From positions 25,606,001 through 25,670,000 of the forward strand of contig CM126224.1 in assembly GCA_052327205.1 (NCBI GenBank): DNA of 64,000 bases, read 5' to 3'. This document shows, one piece after another, positions 60,651 to 64,000 of the stretch (position 1 is its first letter; every line of letters starts with the position of its first letter). Position numbers and translations under genes: made by a program. Origin of the DNA: Somniosus microcephalus. Taxonomy: Eukaryota. The notes below the pieces were generated by a model. The model saw only the letters and a program-made list of their open reading frames with translations, was not told the origin of the DNA and did no database searches.

Positions 60651-60673
60651 TGGGGCACTACAACTACCCACAA

Positions 60674-61006
60674 TACAGGAAACTTTGATATCCGGCACCG
60701 ACGGGACCGAGCTGTTGCCGTCCCATCAAAACTGCCGGACAAACCAGCGCTAATGTTGAAACATACGGAGCTTTTGAGCTCCGTATCTGGCAACAAACCC
60801 TGTTGCTTAGCTTCTAAACAGTCGGCCGTACCTTGCAAAGCGTCTCTGTAGCTTAGCAACAGCTTCAGCGAGACCTTGCAGAGCCTGACTGGTGGGGGAA
60901 AAAAAGCAACGAAAAGAAAAAAAACCTAACGAAACGGCTCCTGATTTTTGCCGGTGGATCGAGCATTCCGGACAGTTAACCTCCGGATAAACCAAAGTTT
61001 CCTGTA
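60674..61006 (+). mobile_element. Tc1/mariner-pogo-type MITE, copy 3
   Basis: TA|CAGGAAACTTTG ... CAAAGTTTCCTG|TA; colinear with copies 1 and 2. Confidence 0.92.
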
Positions 61007-61802
61007 TTTCTTGGTTAGATGAGGGCAAATCCGCCAGTCCTGCTTCTCATCGCTACTGGAAATGGGCATGTATGGAGATCAACAGCGGTTAGCATCCATT
61101 TTTAGCCATGATGTCCCCACAGTCAGACAGCCTTCCAGCCCTCGCAGTCAAGACTTGAACATGGATACTGTCCCACCTGGGCAAGGTACCAGAGGTTGAC
61201 ATGTGTCCATGGAAATATACCCCACTGCAGGAGTTAGTGTCTTAAGAGGAGGAGGAAACCAGTGTTCTGACAATCTGAAATGAATATTTCAGCAACAACA
61301 ACAACTTGCATTTATATAGCATTTTAAGTGACAAAAAGAAAGGAATGGAAGGTTTTTTTTGTAAAAGGACAACTGAAAATAAAAAGTAATTGGGAAGTAC
61401 GGTAATAGTGTTTTGGGAAGAATTGAAAGCCTTCAAAGACAAAGGAAACTTTCCTTTTGTTGGAAACATTTTGTAAATGAACTCCGAGTGCTGCTAAGTA
61501 ATTTAAAACATTGACTCTCGCCTTGGGCTACTGGAACTTGGTCTCTTGTTTGCAATGCCACTGGTACTAATTTCTGCTAGATACTGCTTCCACATCATTA
61601 GTTCTGCATAGGTTGTTCATAGCTTTCTTGATTTATCATTTTTGATCAATGTATGTTGAGCATTGTTTGGAAAATCACATTACAAAGACTCCTCTCCAAG
61701 AGCAGTAACAGAGCTGCAGTCCTGCTAAAGAGGGAGTTCTTCAAAAAAAACTTTAATATGCACAGTTGCTTCGTGTGTCAAACATAATTTATTTGCTTAA
61801 AC

Positions 61803-61880
61803 TAAAAACAAAAAACTGCAGATGCTGGAAAGCTGAAAGAAACACAGCAACACTCGGTCAGCATCTGCGGAGAGAACAGA
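61803..61880 (-). mobile_element. Penelope pLTR end fragment
   Basis: aaactgcagatgctggaaa...ggtcagcatctgcggagaga is the reverse complement of the pLTR end. Confidence 0.6.
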
Positions 61881-61889
61881 GGATTTCTT

Positions 61890-62060
61890 GGGGTAGATTT
61901 TCTACTTGCTGCACAAGCGTAAAACTGGCATTGCGAGTTAATTGATTGGAAACTGCCTGATTTTAAAATGAATGGAAATGAATATTTGGCGGTTTCTAGT
62001 GCGGGCAGCTGATCTGCAGTGGCAGTTTCACACCCTGGCAGCAAGTTGAAAATCTGCCCC
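61890..62060. mobile_element. Short MITE
   Basis: TIRs ggggtagattttctacttgctgc / gcagcaagttgaaaatctgcccc. Confidence 0.8.
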
Positions 62061-62463
62061 AGCGCTTAGGGTGTGAACCCTTAGTCAAATTGGAAAGCAC
62101 TGTTGAGGCTTCAATGGCCACCTGAGCAAGGTACCAAAGGTTGACCTGTGTCAATGCAAACATGTCCCAGTGAGGGAGTCAGTGTTTTAAGAGGATTAAA
62201 TTAGTTTGAGGAGATAGCAATTTGAAAGTCAAAAATGAGTTCTGACAGAGTTCAATGAGTGAAACGTTAACTCATCAGTCTTTCAAGTATTTTCTGTAAT
62301 TTATTTGCTTATTATGTCAAACTAATATTCTTTCCTTTTTCTATAATGCCTATTGCTGATAATCCCTTCAAAAGTTGGATTGATTTAATTTTTAAACAAG
62401 TACATAATGTTTTTTGCACTTGGAAGGTTTCCTTTACTTCACAGTTCCTTTTTTTACCTGCAG

Positions 62464-62604
62464 GTTCAAGAGGAGAGGAGAGTTCAGAGGACGAGCCACC
62501 TCTGGATATGACTACAGTGCAGGATATTCTGAGCAGTCATCGTTACAAATCTTACAAAGTCAGCATTGTTCACAAGCTTCGATTCACCACTGATGTCCAA
62601 TTAG
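62464..62604 (+). CDS. MAPKAP1: MAPKAP1/SIN1 internal coding exon (141 nt, phase 1-1); start of PH domain
   Basis: Acceptor tttttacctgcag| and donor TAG|gtaatt. Reads (S)[46 protein letters not shown](G), matching SIN1 [31 protein letters not shown]. Confidence 0.97.
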
Positions 62605-62837
62605 GTAATTCTTAGTACTTTGGACATGCATAAAGGTTGCATTTCACAATGATTTCAGAACAACCAAAAATTTGATTTTTTTAAACATTATTACCTAAAG
62701 TAAATTGGCCTCTTTCCTGTAAATTGCTCATTTTCAAAATAATTCTTTAATGGCTGGCTATAATGTAGGTGCCAATTATATTAATTGTACTGAAACATGA
62801 AGAAACTAATTATTCAGATTGCTGCGGAAAGTATTAA

Positions 62838-64000
62838 TTTTTTTTTTTTATTCGTTCATGGGATGTGGGCGTCACTGAGAAGGCCAGCATTTATTGCCCA
62901 TCCCTAGTTGCCCTCGAAGGTGGTGGTGAGCCGCCTTCAACCCCTGCAGTCCGTGTGGTGAAGGTACTCCCACAGTGCTGTTAGGGAGGGAGTTCCAGGA
63001 TTTTAACCCAGCGACTATGAAGGATCGGCGATATAATTCCAAGTCAGGGTGGTGTGTGACTTGCAGGGGAACTTGGAGGTGGTGGTGTTCCCATGCGCCT
63101 GTTGCCCTTGTCCTTTTAGGTGGTAGAGGCCGTGGGTTTAGGAGGTGCTGCCGAAGAAGCCTTGGCGAGTTGCTGCAGTGCATTTTGTAGAGGGTACACA
63201 CTGCGGCCATGGTACACCGGTGGTGGAGGGAGTGAATGTTTAAGGTGGTGGATGGGGTGCCAATCAAGCGGGCTGCTTTGTCTTGGATGGTGTCGAGCTT
63301 CTTGAGTGTTGTTGGAGCTGCACTCATCCAGACAAGTGGAGAGTATTCCATCACACTCCTGACTTGTGCCTTGTAAATGGTGGAAAGGCTTTGAGGAGTC
63401 GAGGTGAGACACTCGCCGCAGAATACCCAGCATTTGACCTGCTCTTGTTGCCACAGTATTTATGTGGCTGGTCCCATTAAGTTTCTGGTCAATGGTGACC
63501 TCCCAGGATATTGATGGTGGAGGATTCGGCGATGGTAATGCCGTTGAATGTCAAGGAGCGGTGGTTAGACACTCGCTTGTTGCTGATGGTCTTTGCCCGG
63601 CACTTGTGTGGCACGAATGTTACCTGCCACTTATCAGCCCAAACCTGAATGTTGTCCAGGACTTGCTGCATGTGGGCATGGACTGCTTCATTATCTGAGG
63701 AGTTGCAAATGGCACTGAACACTGTGCAGTCATCAGCGAACATCTTCATTTCTGACCTTCTGATAGAGGGCAGGTCATTGATGAAGCAGCTGAAGATGGT
63801 TGGCCCTGAGGAACTCCTGCAGCGATGTCCTGGGGTTGAGATGATTGACCTCCAACCACCACAACCATCTTCCTTTGTGCTAGGTATGACTCCAGCCAGT
63901 GGAGCGTTTTCCCCCTGATTCCCATTGACTTCAGTTTTACTAGGGCTCCTTGATGCCGCACTCGGTCAAATGCTGCCTTGATGTCAAAGGCAGTCACTCT
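62838..64000 (-). mobile_element. CR1-clade LINE (distinct subfamily, poly(A) tail), running off the window end
   Basis: Minus ORFs AFDIKAAFDRVRHQGALVKLKSMGIRGKTLHWLESYL...GVPQG, MFADDCTVF and MEYSPLVWMSAAPTTLKKLDTIQDKAARLI; T-run at 62838-62849 preceded on the minus strand by aataaa. Confidence 0.93.

Overview
This is AT-rich eukaryotic DNA, almost certainly from a cartilaginous fish (elasmobranch), judging by an HE1-type V-SINE and shark-type CR1, L2, Penelope and DeuSINE repeats. The window lies inside MAPKAP1 (SIN1, an mTORC2 subunit) on the + strand. Four internal coding exons (886-1062, 16318-16430, 41797-41904, 62464-62604) splice in frame across introns of about 15, 25 and 21 kb and encode the end of CRIM, the RBD and the start of the PH domain. 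The introns hold many, often nested, mobile elements, a decayed intronless antisense MAP7 (ensconsin)-like retrocopy, and repeat-free blocks that look like conserved non-coding elements. Four observations stand out. (1) A TA-inserting Tc1/mariner-pogo-type MITE family (3 copies plus 1 relative) has an interior made of hairpins with compensatory changes, an inverted loop and an RFX-like palindrome. (2) A 257-bp-arm Penelope foldback carries two opposed hammerhead ribozymes and a 12-bp target duplication. (3) Candidate unannotated micro/cassette exons of MAPKAP1 include a 16-nt poison microexon with TG-repeat, QKI and RBFOX motifs. (4) The MAP7 retrocopy. All calls come from reading the sequence and from remembered family features. 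No searches were run, and repeat boundaries are approximate unless a TSD or TIR is given.
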